Under the pieces are notes generated by a model. It did no database searches. It saw only the letters and a list, made by a program, of their open reading frames with translations, and had not been told where the DNA came from. Of a stretch of DNA of 64,000 nucleotides, positions 47,661 to 58,497 are shown piece by piece (position 1 is the stretch's first letter; each line of letters opens with the position of its first letter). This DNA comes from an uncultured Candidatus Binatia bacterium. GTDB lineage: Bacteria > Desulfobacterota > Binatia > HRBIN30 > CADEER01. The stretch covers positions 342,459-406,458 of the forward strand of contig CBDCGC010000002.1 of assembly GCA_965216585.1 (NCBI GenBank), written 5' to 3'. The translations under genes were made by a program, and so were the position numbers.

Positions 47661-49046
47661 TCAGGGAACGCCGCCGTAGTTGAGGGCTACGGTATTGATG
47701 GCGCTTTCGCGGTGCGAGCACAGGATGCAGTCGACTTCGGCGGCCGGAGACGGAGCGCAAGAGTCGAGGGCGCCCAATTGCGCCGTGGTGCACTTGAGCG
47801 GGATCTTGGTCGCCACTTTCGTTTCAAACTTGGCCAGCTTGTCGGCGGTCTTCGCATCCGTGGGAGGTATGTAGACGCCGGCGACGACGGAGCCGATGCA
47901 GAGCTGGGCGGCGTTGCCCGCGACGCCGTCCTTGTTGCGTTTGTCGATACACTTTTGCATGAACTTCAGCGCTTTGGTTGCGAACTTGCGTCCTTCGTTG
48001 GCGATCGTCTTCTGGCACTTTTGTTCGTCGGAATCACTGCTCGGAACCAAGGCGCCGTACTGCAATGCGATCAAATCGTCGCTGCTCTGCCAGTGATTCT
48101 CGACCAGGCAGTCTTTCAAGCCGCTGACGTCGGCGGCGCAGGTGTCGAGGTTGGCGAGGATTGGGTCGGTGCACTTCTTGTCGATCAACAAGCGTAGCTT
48201 GCTATCGGCCTTGGCGACTTTTTCCGCCGTTTTCGCGTCGGTCGGAGGTGTGTGGACGCCGAGGTTCAGTGTGCCGCGGCAGACGTCGATCGGGTCGCCG
48301 ACGATCTTGCCCTTCTGGAGATTGTTCAAGCACGTCTGCACGGCCTTGAGCTTCTTCTTCAGGTACACGAAGCCCGCCTTACCGATGGTCTTCTGGCAAT
48401 TCTGTTCGTCCTTGTCGGTGATCAGAACTGGATCCAGCGGTGAGATGTCAGAGGGGCAAGTGAAAGGAGGCGCCGGAGTTGCTGTCGGCGTCGCGGTCGA
48501 CGTCGGTGTCGGCGTGGGGGCAGACGCGTTGAAGACCTCGAGGCTGGTCATCGTCGCTCGATCACCGCTGATGTTGCTATTGAAGTCGACGGCGTTGCCC
48601 CAGCCCTCGAGTGTGACGGAAGTGAAGGTGAGTGGCGCCGTCCACAGAAAAGAGAACTCGACCGAGCCCGATCCGCCCTGTGCCTTCGGTGCGGTATGTG
48701 TGATCTCGCCGAACAAGACCTGAGTGCTGGCCGATTGCGAACCGCCGACTGCGAAGGTGCCGTCGAGCGCTGACACGTTGAGACCGCCGAACGGCTGGCC
48801 GGCCGGCATGCTCATGTCGGTGATGATCATCGTGTATTCGTTGGTGGAGCCCGCCGCCACGGAGGTTGGACCAGAGATCGAAACCAGAGGTGCGGTGCCG
48901 CCGTTGTGGCAAAAGTTGCAACCGTCGGTTGGGTTCGGAAAGCTCGATGTGTCGATACCGGTCGAGAATGCAAAGGTGCCGGAAACCGAGAAGAGCACGC
49001 ATGCCCACGAGAGCAGTGCGGATGTCGCCAATCGCAGTCGAATCAT
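47661..49046 (-). CDS. Secreted protein: CxxCH/Reeler-like N-domain, PT linker, two about 125-aa six-Cys repeats
   Basis: Signal peptide; GCNFCHNGG, EITHTAPK, FLWTAP; repeats DEQ.CQKTI...PPTDAKTA.K...KC...LD.C. Confidence 0.75.
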   Translation of the reverse strand: MIRLRLATSALLSWACVLFSVSGTFAFSTGIDTSSFPNPTDGCNFCHNGGTAPLVSISGPTSVAAGSTNEYTMIITDMSMPAGQPFGGLNVSALDGTFAVGGSQSASTQVLFGEITHTAPKAQGGSGSVEFSFLWTAPLTFTSVTLEGWGNAVDFNSNISGDRATMTSLEVFNASAPTPTPTSTATPTATPAPPFTCPSDISPLDPVLITDKDEQNCQKTIGKAGFVYLKKKLKAVQTCLNNLQKGKIVGDPIDVCRGTLNLGVHTPPTDAKTAEKVAKADSKLRLLIDKKCTDPILANLDTCAADVSGLKDCLVENHWQSSDDLIALQYGALVPSSDSDEQKCQKTIANEGRKFATKALKFMQKCIDKRNKDGVAGNAAQLCIGSVVAGVYIPPTDAKTADKLAKFETKVATKIPLKCTTAQLGALDSCAPSPAAEVDCILCSHRESAINTVALNYGGVP

Positions 49047-49336
49047 GAACCTTCCCCCTGATGCTGGGTTGCCCGAGAAGCGAGGCAACGGCGACAGCCT
49101 GACGCGTGTACGTCCGGCTTGCAAGGTCTTTTGCACGACCTCGGTCGGGCGATTCAGCGCCAGGTGCCGAGCTGACTGCGAGAGTGGCCGCGAATGAAGA
49201 AGAATTCAGATAGCGAATCGCGTCGCAAATCGAGTCGGCTAGCAAGAGAAAGTCAGAAGGTCACGGAACCATGCGCTGACGTCGCCGCACCTGCCCGGGG
49301 GCATCGCCGTACTTTGCTATCTCTCGTTTCTTGCGC

Positions 49337-51676
49337 CTACGACGAGCGATCGGCTGCCAGCAGGCCGGCGTGGCGACCCTGGGCGAGTGATTCGATGGCG
49401 TCGACGTAGCGGATGGCGTCGCGAATCTCGCCGGCGAGGCGCTGGCGCTTGTCGGCGGTGGCGCCGTCGGCCGTCTTCAACAAGCCGCGATTACCTGCCA
49501 GCTTGAGGGCGGTGGCAAAGAGGGCCTTGGATACCGACTCGCCGCTGCGGATACGCCGTTGCAGTTGGTACTGCCGCCCGAGCGCGAGACAGGCTTTGCT
49601 GAACGCAGCCTCGTCGCCGGGATCGGGCTTGCCTTGTTCGAGGGTGTCAGTGACGACTCGATAGGCCTCGAGGAAGGGGCGCAGAGTTCGGTGCGCGCTG
49701 AACGGCCGGATGCTTCGCAACACGCTGAGGATGCCGTCGGCGCCGCTGGCGACACGACCCTGCCAATCCTCGTCGTGTAGTGCCAGCTCATCGTCTATTT
49801 CGCGCTGGTAGGTGTCTTTCTCGGCAAAGAAGAATTCGAACTTGAGCAAGTCGCGCAGCCGCAAGGTCGCTCTACGAAATTCGCTGAGCGCATCGGTGAC
49901 GTCGGGTTCGGCGGCGCGAACCAACGCCAGCTCGGCGATCGAGGCGTTGATGAAGAAATGGATGATGGTGTTGCGGTAGTACGCCGCTGTGAGATGCTGC
50001 TCGGGACCGATGGCGTAGACCGGCTCCGGACCTTCGGTGAAGACGGTGGCGACACCGGAGTCGACGAGAGCGTCGAGCGTGCGCTCGATGAGATCGGCGC
50101 CGATGGAATCGACGGGGATGGTTGCCGGCAGATCTTTGCGCGCGGCGTAGTCGAGGAGATCGCCGAGTGACGCGACGACCTCGGCGACGGTCAAGGCGCG
50201 GTCGCCGAAGCCGAGCATGGCCATGGTGACGAGAGAGGTCGGAGTGATCGGCGTCACTCGGTTGATGCGCACGGCGGTCTCGAAGGCCACCTTTTCGACG
50301 GTGAGGTCCTTGCCGCCGGGGCTCGTGTTGTCGACCGACTCGCGCACGGAGATGGGTTCGCCGAAGCGCACGTGAACGTCGCCTTGTTTTCGACGCAGCT
50401 TGCCGACGAAATCGACGAGCCAGCGAAAGCTCTCGGCTTGCTTGGTGGCGCCGCGCTGTTCGGCGACGTAGTCGCCGACGTCGCCGATCTGCTCGTAGGC
50501 GATGGACACCGGGATGAGGTAGACGTCATCGCTCTTGCCGCGGCGAAAGGCGTTGACGACGTTGGCGAAAAGGCCGAAGCGCGGCGGCAGAAGCTTGCCG
50601 GAGCGCGAGCGACCGCCCTCGAGATACCACTCGAGCGAGAAGCGCTTTTCGATCAGATAGTCGATGTAGTGTTGCAGCACCAACTTGTAGGTCGGATTGT
50701 CTTTGAACGTACGGCGGATGAAGAAGATGCCACTGCGCCGCAGGATGGCGCCGATGGGGAAGAAGTTCATGTTGATGCCGCCGGCGGTGTGGTTGGGCGG
50801 ATGCGCCTTCTCGTAGAGGATGTGTTGGAGGACGAGGTGGTCGAGGTTCGATTTGTGCGTCGGCAGGAAAACGATCGGGTGCTGTTGGCCGAGGGCAAAG
50901 ATCGATTCGAGATCCTCGTCGCGGTAGCGAATCTCCTCGTTGTAGGACCGAGTGTAGAGCAGGCGGATGAGCTGAGCGGCGAGGTCGATGATGTAGGGGC
51001 TGTGGGCGGCGGCGATCTCGTCGAGGTAGCTGGCCGCCTCTTTTTCGACGCTTGCCTCGGCTGTGCCGAGCTCCGCCGCCAGGTTGGAGAGGGCGCCGCG
51101 GAAGTTGGCGCGCGTCAGGATGTCGTCGCGTACGAAGCGCGGGACTTTGTAGCGGGCGCCGCGCACCCGGCGCTCTGCGCGTTCGAGCGCAAGCGCCGCC
51201 TGGCGGGCGACGAATTCCGCCAGGCCGAGCGTCTGAGCAGTGTCGCTGCCACAGGCGTCGCGCCAGCGGCGGCGCAAGTCGGAAAGCGGTGCCGGCTCGC
51301 CTTCGACGATCCGACAGCGCTCGGGTGCGGCGCGCAGAATCCACATCTGGCGCAGCACGCCCGGATCGCGCGGATCGCCAAAGGTCGACAGGTCCGACAT
51401 GCGGGCGGCGCGCACGCCGTTGACGGTTTTGGGGAACCAGGCGACGCGCAGCGGCGCCAGCATCGGGTCGGCGCCGCTGGCGAGGGTCGCTTCGAGTCGT
51501 TCATCGACCGTCGTCGAGCTCGGCCGGCGAGAGGGGGGAATGGGTACGGCGGTACTGTGCTTGCCGTTGCCGTGCTCGGCGATCCAGGTCTCGATCAGAT
51601 TCCTCTCGACACGCGATGATGCGTCGACGAGGAAGACCGTATGTTGCTCGCTCTTGGTCAATGGGCAGTCCGCCAA
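49337..51676 (-). CDS. plsB: Glycerol-3-phosphate 1-O-acyltransferase (actinobacterial-type PlsB); start approximate
   Basis: HKSNLD (HxxxxD), FFIRR, YLEGGRSRSG, IPVSIAY. Confidence 0.9.
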   Translation of the reverse strand: MADCPLTKSEQHTVFLVDASSRVERNLIETWIAEHGNGKHSTAVPIPPSRRPSSTTVDERLEATLASGADPMLAPLRVAWFPKTVNGVRAARMSDLSTFGDPRDPGVLRQMWILRAAPERCRIVEGEPAPLSDLRRRWRDACGSDTAQTLGLAEFVARQAALALERAERRVRGARYKVPRFVRDDILTRANFRGALSNLAAELGTAEASVEKEAASYLDEIAAAHSPYIIDLAAQLIRLLYTRSYNEEIRYRDEDLESIFALGQQHPIVFLPTHKSNLDHLVLQHILYEKAHPPNHTAGGINMNFFPIGAILRRSGIFFIRRTFKDNPTYKLVLQHYIDYLIEKRFSLEWYLEGGRSRSGKLLPPRFGLFANVVNAFRRGKSDDVYLIPVSIAYEQIGDVGDYVAEQRGATKQAESFRWLVDFVGKLRRKQGDVHVRFGEPISVRESVDNTSPGGKDLTVEKVAFETAVRINRVTPITPTSLVTMAMLGFGDRALTVAEVVASLGDLLDYAARKDLPATIPVDSIGADLIERTLDALVDSGVATVFTEGPEPVYAIGPEQHLTAAYYRNTIIHFFINASIAELALVRAAEPDVTDALSEFRRATLRLRDLLKFEFFFAEKDTYQREIDDELALHDEDWQGRVASGADGILSVLRSIRPFSAHRTLRPFLEAYRVVTDTLEQGKPDPGDEAAFSKACLALGRQYQLQRRIRSGESVSKALFATALKLAGNRGLLKTADGATADKRQRLAGEIRDAIRYVDAIESLAQGRHAGLLAADRSS

Positions 51677-51947
51677 AGCCCGAGGACACTAGCGCCGCAG
51701 TGCCGGAGAACTCAAATGACGACTTGCGCCGACCGGCGTCGCCGCGTCATGGCGCTGATGAATCAAATCATGTAGACGCCCGCGAAAGTGCATGTCCAAT
51801 CGTGTCACTGGGCACCGGGCCTCGAAAGATGTTTCGCCACAGTGTCGTTTCGCTGGAGACTCGAAGATGCGATGGTATGCGAATGTGTGACGGGGATCTG
51901 GGCGGCATCGGCTCGCGATTCATGAATGGCGCGGGCTAGCTGTCGAT

Positions 51948-52298
51948 ATGGTTTCGCTCTGGCGCACACTCTTCGTCGCCGCCGTCGCCGTCACCTGTGT
52001 GCTCTGCCTGGCGCCTCTGCGCGGGTCGTCGGCGGTGCCATCGGCTGACAAGATCGCTCACTATTTGATGTTCCTCACCAACGGCGTGCTGGCGATCCCC
52101 GCTTTTTCTCCGCCGGCCCGAAAGCGAGCTTGGTGGTTCCTGTTGATCCTCGGTTTCATCTTGGAAGTGCTGCAGGGGTTGGTGCCGATGCGCCAACCGT
52201 CGCTGGCGGACGGCATTGCCAACGCCGGTGGAACTCTGACCGCCTGGCTCGCCGCATGGATCGCGCAGCGAGGCTCGTCCGGTGCTGGAGTAACATAG
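51948..52298 (+). CDS. VanZ family membrane protein
   Basis: ADKIAHY, LEVLQGLVPMR, DGIANAGG. Confidence 0.85.
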   Translation: MVSLWRTLFVAAVAVTCVLCLAPLRGSSAVPSADKIAHYLMFLTNGVLAIPAFSPPARKRAWWFLLILGFILEVLQGLVPMRQPSLADGIANAGGTLTAWLAAWIAQRGSSGAGVT

Positions 52299-52331
52299 CG
52301 GCGGCGGCAATTTCTCGAGCAAATTTGAGCT

Positions 52332-52359
52332 TTGCTTCGCCGCGGCCGGCGTCTATCAT
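52332..52359 (+). promoter_or_regulatory. Putative sigma70 promoter
   Basis: TTGCTT-N16-TATCAT about 50 nt upstream of ATG 52407. Confidence 0.35.
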
Positions 52360-52406
52360 GCAAACTTGCGGCGCCGTTGCCCGGCGCGCCGGACAGGGAG
52401 AACTCA

Positions 52407-52775
52407 ATGATGGAGATGTGCTCGAGATTTGTCTTGCTAACCTGCCTGGTGGCGCTCGCAGTGGCGTTGTCGGCGCAGGCCGAGGACGAGCGGGCGGATG
52501 GAACGCTCAGCGACCGCCCGACAACTGCTTCGGGGATGCGTGTTTTCGTCGACCCCGAGAGCGGTGAAATTATCTCGAAACCACTTGAAGTCGAGTCTCC
52601 GGGGGCCCGCCTGTCGGGTTTTTCTGACGACGAGGTCGAGCTGGTCGAAGAGGTCAATCCGGCTGGGGGGTACACGATCGATCTCGGGCGGCGCTTTGGT
52701 GCTGCGGCGCGCGCTCGCGCCACTGCCGAGGGGGTCGAGGTCGAGTGCACGACGGACCGGGCGGCGACCAGGTGA
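52407..52775 (+). CDS. Small secreted protein resembling the post-PEP-CTERM-1 domain family
   Basis: Signal peptide; GMRVFVDPESGEI and GGYTIDLGRRF motifs; stop overlaps the peptidase start. Confidence 0.6.
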   Translation: MMEMCSRFVLLTCLVALAVALSAQAEDERADGTLSDRPTTASGMRVFVDPESGEIISKPLEVESPGARLSGFSDDEVELVEEVNPAGGYTIDLGRRFGAAARARATAEGVEVECTTDRAATR

Positions 52776-54424
52776 TGCGCTCCTTCCTTGTTGGCGCGGC
52801 GATCCTTGCCCTTTTGGTGGAGCCGCTGGCGGCGGCGACCATCACCATCGTCAATCTCGATGGTCCGGCCGAGGGATTCAACGACATCACGGCGGTGGCG
52901 CCGGTGGGTGGGAACACGGGAACGACGCTCGGCGAGCAACGGCTGATCGCCATGCAGCACGCCGCCGACATTTGGGCCAACCTGCTCAACAGCGACGTCG
53001 AGATTCGCGTCGACGCCAGCTTCGATCCGCTCTTTTGCAACGCCTCCAGCGCCACTCTCGGCGGCGCCGGGACGAACAGCCTGCATCGAGATTTTCCCGG
53101 CGCCGCGCTGCCGGCGACGTGGTATCCGCAGGCACTGGCCAACTCGATGGCCGGGATCGATCTCGATCCCGACAGCGACATCTTTGCCGAGTTCAACAGC
53201 TCCCTCGGCACCACCTGCGCCTTTCCCAACGTCTGGTACTACGGTCTCGACGCGACTCCGCCGGGTGCCGATACCGACTTCGTCACCGTCGCCTTGCACG
53301 AGATCGGACACGGTCTCGGCTTTCTCACGCTGGTCGGCTTGAACAGCGGTGCTCCGCTGTCGGGGTTCGACGACGCCTACATGGTGCATATGGAGAATCA
53401 CGCCACCGGTTTGAACTATCCGGCGATGACCGACGGCCAACGCGCCGCCGCCAACGTCGCCACCGGCGATCTGCATTGGACCGGAGCCAACGTCGTTGCG
53501 GCGAGTGGAATTCTCACCGGCGGTCGCGAGCCGATCAGCGGTCACGTCGAGCTCTACGCACCAAACCCGACCGAGGGTGGATCGTCGCTTTCGCACTTCA
53601 GCACCTCGCTGTCGCCAGACGAGGCAATGGAGCCTTTTTACACGCAGGCGCTGCACGACCCCGGACTGGCGGTCGAGTTGATGTTCGACATCGGTTGGCT
53701 GCCCAACAACTGCGGCAACGGCACGCTCGAAGGCGCCGAGGAATGCGACGACGCCAACGCGGTCTCCGGCGATGGCTGCTCGGCCTGCAAGATCGACGAG
53801 TGTTTCACCTGTAGCGGCACGCCGTCGAGCTGCACGCCACAGACCGGAAGCAGCTGCGACGACGGTCAGGCCTGCACGTCCACCGACACCTGCCAGGCCG
53901 GTGTGTGCGTTGGTGATGCGACGCCGCTGAGCGGCTGTCGGACGGGAACGCAAGCTGAGAAGGGCCTGCTCTTGCTCAAGGACAAGGCGTCCAACAAGGG
54001 CGACAAGCTGGTGTGGAAGCTGCTGCGCGGCGAGGCGAGCACCGCCGCCGACTTCGGCGATCCGCTCAACTCGACCGACTACCTGATGTGCGTCTACGAC
54101 CAGACCGGCGCCACCGACACGGTCATCATGTCCCTGGAAATTCCCGCCGGTGCGCTGTGGCAGAGCAAGAACTTCGGTTTCAAATACCGTGACAAGCAAC
54201 GGACCAACGACGGCGTCAAGGTCGTCGTCTTGAAGGAGGGTGACGAGGGCAAGTCGGTCATCATCGTCAAGGGCAAGGGAGTCAACCTGCCGATGGCCGA
54301 CCTCACGTCTCTCGATCTGCCCATACGTGTCCAGATTGGCAACGGCAGCGAGTGCTGGGAGTCGAGTTTCGAGAACACCGTCCTCAAGAGCACGCCGGAG
54401 ATCTTCAAAGCCAAGCCGGAGTAG
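52775..54424 (+). CDS. Secreted zinc metallopeptidase with Myxococcus-type Cys-rich (DUF4215-like) repeat and Lys-rich beta C-domain
   Basis: Signal peptide; VALHEIGHGLGF, SSLSH, MEP; CGNG...EECDDAN...GDGCS. Confidence 0.85.
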   Translation: MRSFLVGAAILALLVEPLAAATITIVNLDGPAEGFNDITAVAPVGGNTGTTLGEQRLIAMQHAADIWANLLNSDVEIRVDASFDPLFCNASSATLGGAGTNSLHRDFPGAALPATWYPQALANSMAGIDLDPDSDIFAEFNSSLGTTCAFPNVWYYGLDATPPGADTDFVTVALHEIGHGLGFLTLVGLNSGAPLSGFDDAYMVHMENHATGLNYPAMTDGQRAAANVATGDLHWTGANVVAASGILTGGREPISGHVELYAPNPTEGGSSLSHFSTSLSPDEAMEPFYTQALHDPGLAVELMFDIGWLPNNCGNGTLEGAEECDDANAVSGDGCSACKIDECFTCSGTPSSCTPQTGSSCDDGQACTSTDTCQAGVCVGDATPLSGCRTGTQAEKGLLLLKDKASNKGDKLVWKLLRGEASTAADFGDPLNSTDYLMCVYDQTGATDTVIMSLEIPAGALWQSKNFGFKYRDKQRTNDGVKVVVLKEGDEGKSVIIVKGKGVNLPMADLTSLDLPIRVQIGNGSECWESSFENTVLKSTPEIFKAKPE

Positions 54425-54432
54425 CTGATTCT

Positions 54433-55152
54433 CTAACCTTTGGGCAGTCTGACGCCCCAGTCGGCGAGGATCTTCGATTCCTCGGTGGCGCTGAGTGCCT
54501 TCTTGAATCTGGCCCCGGAGACGCCGTCGACGCGCGCCTTGCACTCTGCCCAGGTCTGGTGACGCTGAGCTTCGCCGCCGACCAGGCTGAGGTAGCTGTA
54601 GGCGCGCCGCGGTTGATTCTTCGAACGCCGGCGCGGCGGCGGCGCGGCGCCTGTCGGTGGCGTCAGGTCGATGTCATAGGCGGACACCTTGCCGCGGAAT
54701 AGCTCGACGTGATTGCCGAGTGCGAGCTCGGAGGCGATGGTGTCGGCGCGTTCGTTGCCTGGCACGCCGGCGTGGCCGGGGACGTAGAGCCAGTCGATCT
54801 TGACCCCGATGGTACCCGACACGGAGGCCAGTCGCTCCCACAGGTCCCGGTTGAGAACCTCGCCGCCGATGGCGGTCTTCCATCCTTTGCGCCGCCAACC
54901 GAAGATCCACTGGGTGATGCCTTTGATGAGATACGTGGAGTCGGTGTAGATGGCCACGGCTGCCGGCGTCGTTCTGATTCGCTCGAGCGCCTGGATCGCG
55001 GCCTGCATCTCCATGCGGTTGTTGGTCGTGTTGGGATCGGCGCCGCCGAGCTCGTGGACGTTTTCCCCATCGCAGAGAATCGCCCCCCAACCACCGGGCC
55101 CCGGATTCCCCTTCGCCGCGCCGTCGGTGTAGATCGAGATCGCTTTCGCCAT
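54433..55152 (-). CDS. rnhA: Ribonuclease HI with C-terminal hybrid-binding (viroplasmin-like) domain
   Basis: YTDGAAKGNPGPGGWG, TTNNRMEM, TDS, NRDLW, GHAG..GNERAD; tail HQTWAECKARVDGVSGARFKK. Confidence 0.92.
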   Translation of the reverse strand: MAKAISIYTDGAAKGNPGPGGWGAILCDGENVHELGGADPNTTNNRMEMQAAIQALERIRTTPAAVAIYTDSTYLIKGITQWIFGWRRKGWKTAIGGEVLNRDLWERLASVSGTIGVKIDWLYVPGHAGVPGNERADTIASELALGNHVELFRGKVSAYDIDLTPPTGAAPPPRRRSKNQPRRAYSYLSLVGGEAQRHQTWAECKARVDGVSGARFKKALSATEESKILADWGVRLPKG

Positions 55153-55283
55153 GCGGTGGTCATAACCACTTCCGCCCGCCGGCGCGAGGCGATTGCGCCT
55201 GCAACTTCCCCCTGTGGTCGTAGTTGCCCACCGCTGTCCGGCCACGGCTGGTTGGCCGAGCAGAAATCTGGAATGATCGGTCG

Positions 55284-55859
55284 ATGCAACGAGCGGAGCT
55301 TGTCATCGTATTGGCCTTGGCGCTTTGTTCTTTCGCCTGCAACGGTTCCAACTCGCCTTCCGGCTCGCTCGCCGGCAGCTTGCTCGGCGGGCACGAGGTG
55401 GAGGCGGCCGGTCTGAAGCTCGAAGTGCCGTCGGCATGGCGACCGCTGCCGCCGCGCCAGAGTGGGCTGGTCAAGCGGGCGGCGCAGATGGAGATTCCCG
55501 GTGCCGCCGGCTTTGCCGAGGTCGCCGTCTTTCACTTCGGCGAAGGCAGAGGGGGGAAGGTCGAGGCGAACCTGACACGCTGGGCGGCGCAGGTCGAAAT
55601 GGAAGAGGGGGGCGAAGCCGAGCGCGAGTATTTCGAGGAGGGATCATTCGCCATCACCATGTTGAGTGCCAAGGGTACCTTGCGGGCGAGCCGCTTCGGC
55701 ATGGGCCCCAGTGTCGATCGCCCCGAGTCGATGCTCATCGCCGCCGTCGTCGAGGGACCGGGCGGGCCGTGGTTCTTCAAGGCGACCGGACCGACGGCGA
55801 CGCTCGAGCCGCAGCGCCAGCTCTTCACGACGATGCTGAAGAGCGCCCGTCTCGACTAG
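55284..55859 (+). CDS. Hypothetical lipoprotein
   Basis: Lipobox SFAC; conserved-looking GGKVEANLTRWAAQ and GPWFFKATGP. Confidence 0.75.
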   Translation: MQRAELVIVLALALCSFACNGSNSPSGSLAGSLLGGHEVEAAGLKLEVPSAWRPLPPRQSGLVKRAAQMEIPGAAGFAEVAVFHFGEGRGGKVEANLTRWAAQVEMEEGGEAEREYFEEGSFAITMLSAKGTLRASRFGMGPSVDRPESMLIAAVVEGPGGPWFFKATGPTATLEPQRQLFTTMLKSARLD

Positions 55860-55874
55860 GATTTACGCCGATCT

Positions 55875-56681
55875 CTACTCGCCGGTGAACCGCGGCTTGC
55901 GTTTTTCGACGAACGCCTGCTGCGCTTCGCGGGCGTCGCGCGTCTTGCGCAGATGGCGGCCGATTTCTTCCTGGCGCGGGTAGGCCAGCTCGAGCGGCAC
56001 GCCGATGAGCTCGCGGATGCCGCGACGCGTGGCTCGCACCGCCAGCGGTGCATTGGCGGCGATGCTGTCGGCCATCGCCATGGCGCGCTCGACCACCTGG
56101 CTCGGTTCGACGATCTCGTTGATCAAGCCGATCTCCAGCGCCCGTGTGGCGTCGATCGGCTGGGCGCCGAGGACGATTTCGTTGGCGTGGGTCCAAGGGA
56201 TCTGGCGAGTCAGCAGCACCGTCGTGTTGCCGGTTGGATAGAGGCCAAGCGCGACTTCCTCGAGTCCAAAGGTAGCCGTCGGTACGGCGTAGCGAATTTC
56301 CGATGCCAGCATGAGATCGAAGCCACCGGCGCGGCAGTGTCCGTTGATGGCGCAGATGAGCGGCGTGGCGAGGTCGAATCCGGCCAGCAGCGCGGTCGCT
56401 ACCGAGCGCAAGCCTTCGAAGTCGGCAGCGTCGATGCGCTCGCCGCGCGCCAGTTTCTGTGCCGCGGGAATGGTCTTCTTCATGTCCATGCCGGCACAGA
56501 AGACGCGCTCGCCGGCGCCGGTGACGACGGCGCAGCGGATCTCGTCGTCGCCGGCAATGCGCCGCCAGGCGGCGGCGAGCTCGCCCAGAGTTGGTGGATC
56601 GAGGGCGTTGGCCTGATCGGGCCGGTCGATGGTGACGAGAGCGACGTGGGGGTGTTGGGCGGGAAGCTCGAAGCGGATCAT
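55875..56681 (-). CDS. Enoyl-CoA hydratase/isomerase family protein
   Basis: [33 protein letters not shown]. Confidence 0.92.
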   Translation of the reverse strand: MIRFELPAQHPHVALVTIDRPDQANALDPPTLGELAAAWRRIAGDDEIRCAVVTGAGERVFCAGMDMKKTIPAAQKLARGERIDAADFEGLRSVATALLAGFDLATPLICAINGHCRAGGFDLMLASEIRYAVPTATFGLEEVALGLYPTGNTTVLLTRQIPWTHANEIVLGAQPIDATRALEIGLINEIVEPSQVVERAMAMADSIAANAPLAVRATRRGIRELIGVPLELAYPRQEEIGRHLRKTRDAREAQQAFVEKRKPRFTGE

Positions 56682-56782
56682 GTTCGCAACCCAGCCAATA
56701 TTTGTACGCTTGTAAAGAGACGGGCGGGTCGAACCACCAACGCTTTCTGCTACTGTCCTTCGCAGCGAGGCGAACCCCTGCC

Positions 56783-58453
56783 ATGAGTGACAGCGAGCCG
56801 AAAAAGACATCGAAGGACTTCATCCGCACGATCATCGAGGCGGACCTTGCCAGCGCCAAGCACGCCGGTGTGGTGACGCGCTTTCCGCCGGAGCCGAATG
56901 GCTACCTGCACATCGGTCACGCCAAGTCGATCTGCCTCAACTTCGGCGTCGCTGCCGAGTACGGCGGTGTCTGCCATCTGCGCTTCGACGATACCAACCC
57001 GGCCAAGGAGAGTGTCGAGTTCGTCGAGTCGATCAAACGAGACGTCCGCTGGTTGGGCTTCGATTGGGGCGACAAGGAGTTCTACGCCTCGGACTACTTC
57101 GAACGCCTGCACGACTACGCCGTCGAGCTGATTCGCAAGGGCTTGGCCTATGTCGACAGCTCGAGTGCGGATGAGATCCGCGAGCTGCGCGGGACGCTGA
57201 CCGAGCCGGGCCGCAACAGTCCGGACCGCGACCGCTCGATCGACGACAACCTCGAGCTCTTTGGTCGCATGGAAGCCGGTGAGCTCGAGGATGGCTCGCA
57301 CGTCTTGCGGGCCAAGATCGACATGGCCGCGGGCAACATGAACATGCGCGACCCAACGCTCTACCGCATCCGTACGGTGACCCATCACCGTACCGGCGAC
57401 GCCTGGTGCATCTATCCGATGTACGACTTCACGCACTGCCTGTCGGATGCCGAAGAGAAGATTACGCACTCGCTGTGTACGCTCGAGTTCGAAGACCACC
57501 GGCCGCTCTACGACTGGGTGATCGACCACCTCGACACACCGTGCCACCCGCAGCAGATCGAGTTCGCTCGCCTCAATCTGACCTACACCGTCCTTTCCAA
57601 GCGCAAGCTCTTGCGCCTGGTCGAGGAGAATCACGTCGAGGGCTGGGACGATCCGCGGATGCCGACGCTGGCGGGAATGCGCCGGCGCGGCTATCCGCCG
57701 CAGGCGATCCGCAACTTCTGCGAGCGCATCGGTCTGGCCAAGCGCGACAGCCTGGTCGACGTTGCCATGCTCGAGCACGCCGTGCGCGAGCAACTGAACA
57801 AGACTGCGCCGCGTTACATGGCTGTGCTCGATCCACTGCGCGTCGTCATCGAGAACTACCCCGAGGGAGAGGTCGAAGAGCTGGCGGCGGTGAACAATCC
57901 GGAGGACGCGGCTGCCGGCACGCGAGCTGTGCCTTTCTCGCGTGTGCTCTACATCGAACGCGACGACTTCCTCGAGAACCCGCCGCGCAAGTTTTTCCGT
58001 CTCGCTCCCGGTCGCGAGGTCCGACTGCGCTACGCCTACTTCATCACCTGCAACGAGGTCGTCAAGGACGCCGACGGCGTCGTCACGGAGTTGCGCTGCT
58101 CCTATGACCCGGCGACCCGCGGCGGTGATGCGCCGGACGGTCGCAAGGTGAAGAGCACGCTGCACTGGGTGTCGGCCGAGAGCTCCCTCGAGGCCGAGGT
58201 GCGCCTCTACGACCGTCTGTTCAAAGTCGAGGATCCCAACGGCGCCGGTGATGACTTTCTCGATACCCTCAACCCCGATTCACTCGAGGTGCGCCGCGGC
58301 TGTCGCCTCGAACCGGCGTTGGCGGAGGTCGGGGTCGGTGAGACCGTGCAGTTCGAACGCCTCGGCTACTTCACCCGCGACGCCGGAGATCTCGTCTTCA
58401 ATCGCACTGTCACCCTGCGCGACGCCTGGGCGAAGCTGGCGAAGAAGGCGTGA
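56783..58453 (+). CDS. glnS: Glutaminyl-tRNA synthetase
   Basis: [41 protein letters not shown]. Confidence 0.97.
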   Translation: MSDSEPKKTSKDFIRTIIEADLASAKHAGVVTRFPPEPNGYLHIGHAKSICLNFGVAAEYGGVCHLRFDDTNPAKESVEFVESIKRDVRWLGFDWGDKEFYASDYFERLHDYAVELIRKGLAYVDSSSADEIRELRGTLTEPGRNSPDRDRSIDDNLELFGRMEAGELEDGSHVLRAKIDMAAGNMNMRDPTLYRIRTVTHHRTGDAWCIYPMYDFTHCLSDAEEKITHSLCTLEFEDHRPLYDWVIDHLDTPCHPQQIEFARLNLTYTVLSKRKLLRLVEENHVEGWDDPRMPTLAGMRRRGYPPQAIRNFCERIGLAKRDSLVDVAMLEHAVREQLNKTAPRYMAVLDPLRVVIENYPEGEVEELAAVNNPEDAAAGTRAVPFSRVLYIERDDFLENPPRKFFRLAPGREVRLRYAYFITCNEVVKDADGVVTELRCSYDPATRGGDAPDGRKVKSTLHWVSAESSLEAEVRLYDRLFKVEDPNGAGDDFLDTLNPDSLEVRRGCRLEPALAEVGVGETVQFERLGYFTRDAGDLVFNRTVTLRDAWAKLAKKA

Positions 58454-58497
58454 TGCCGGGGTTGTGGGACCGCTCAGCGGTCCCTGCAACCCCGGCG

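Noticed and set aside
52061-54544. 827-aa minus-strand ORF (likewise 33692-35503, 39201-40877, 12861-14420, 20188-21828)
   Set aside because: Antisense to well-supported genes with no recognisable domains.
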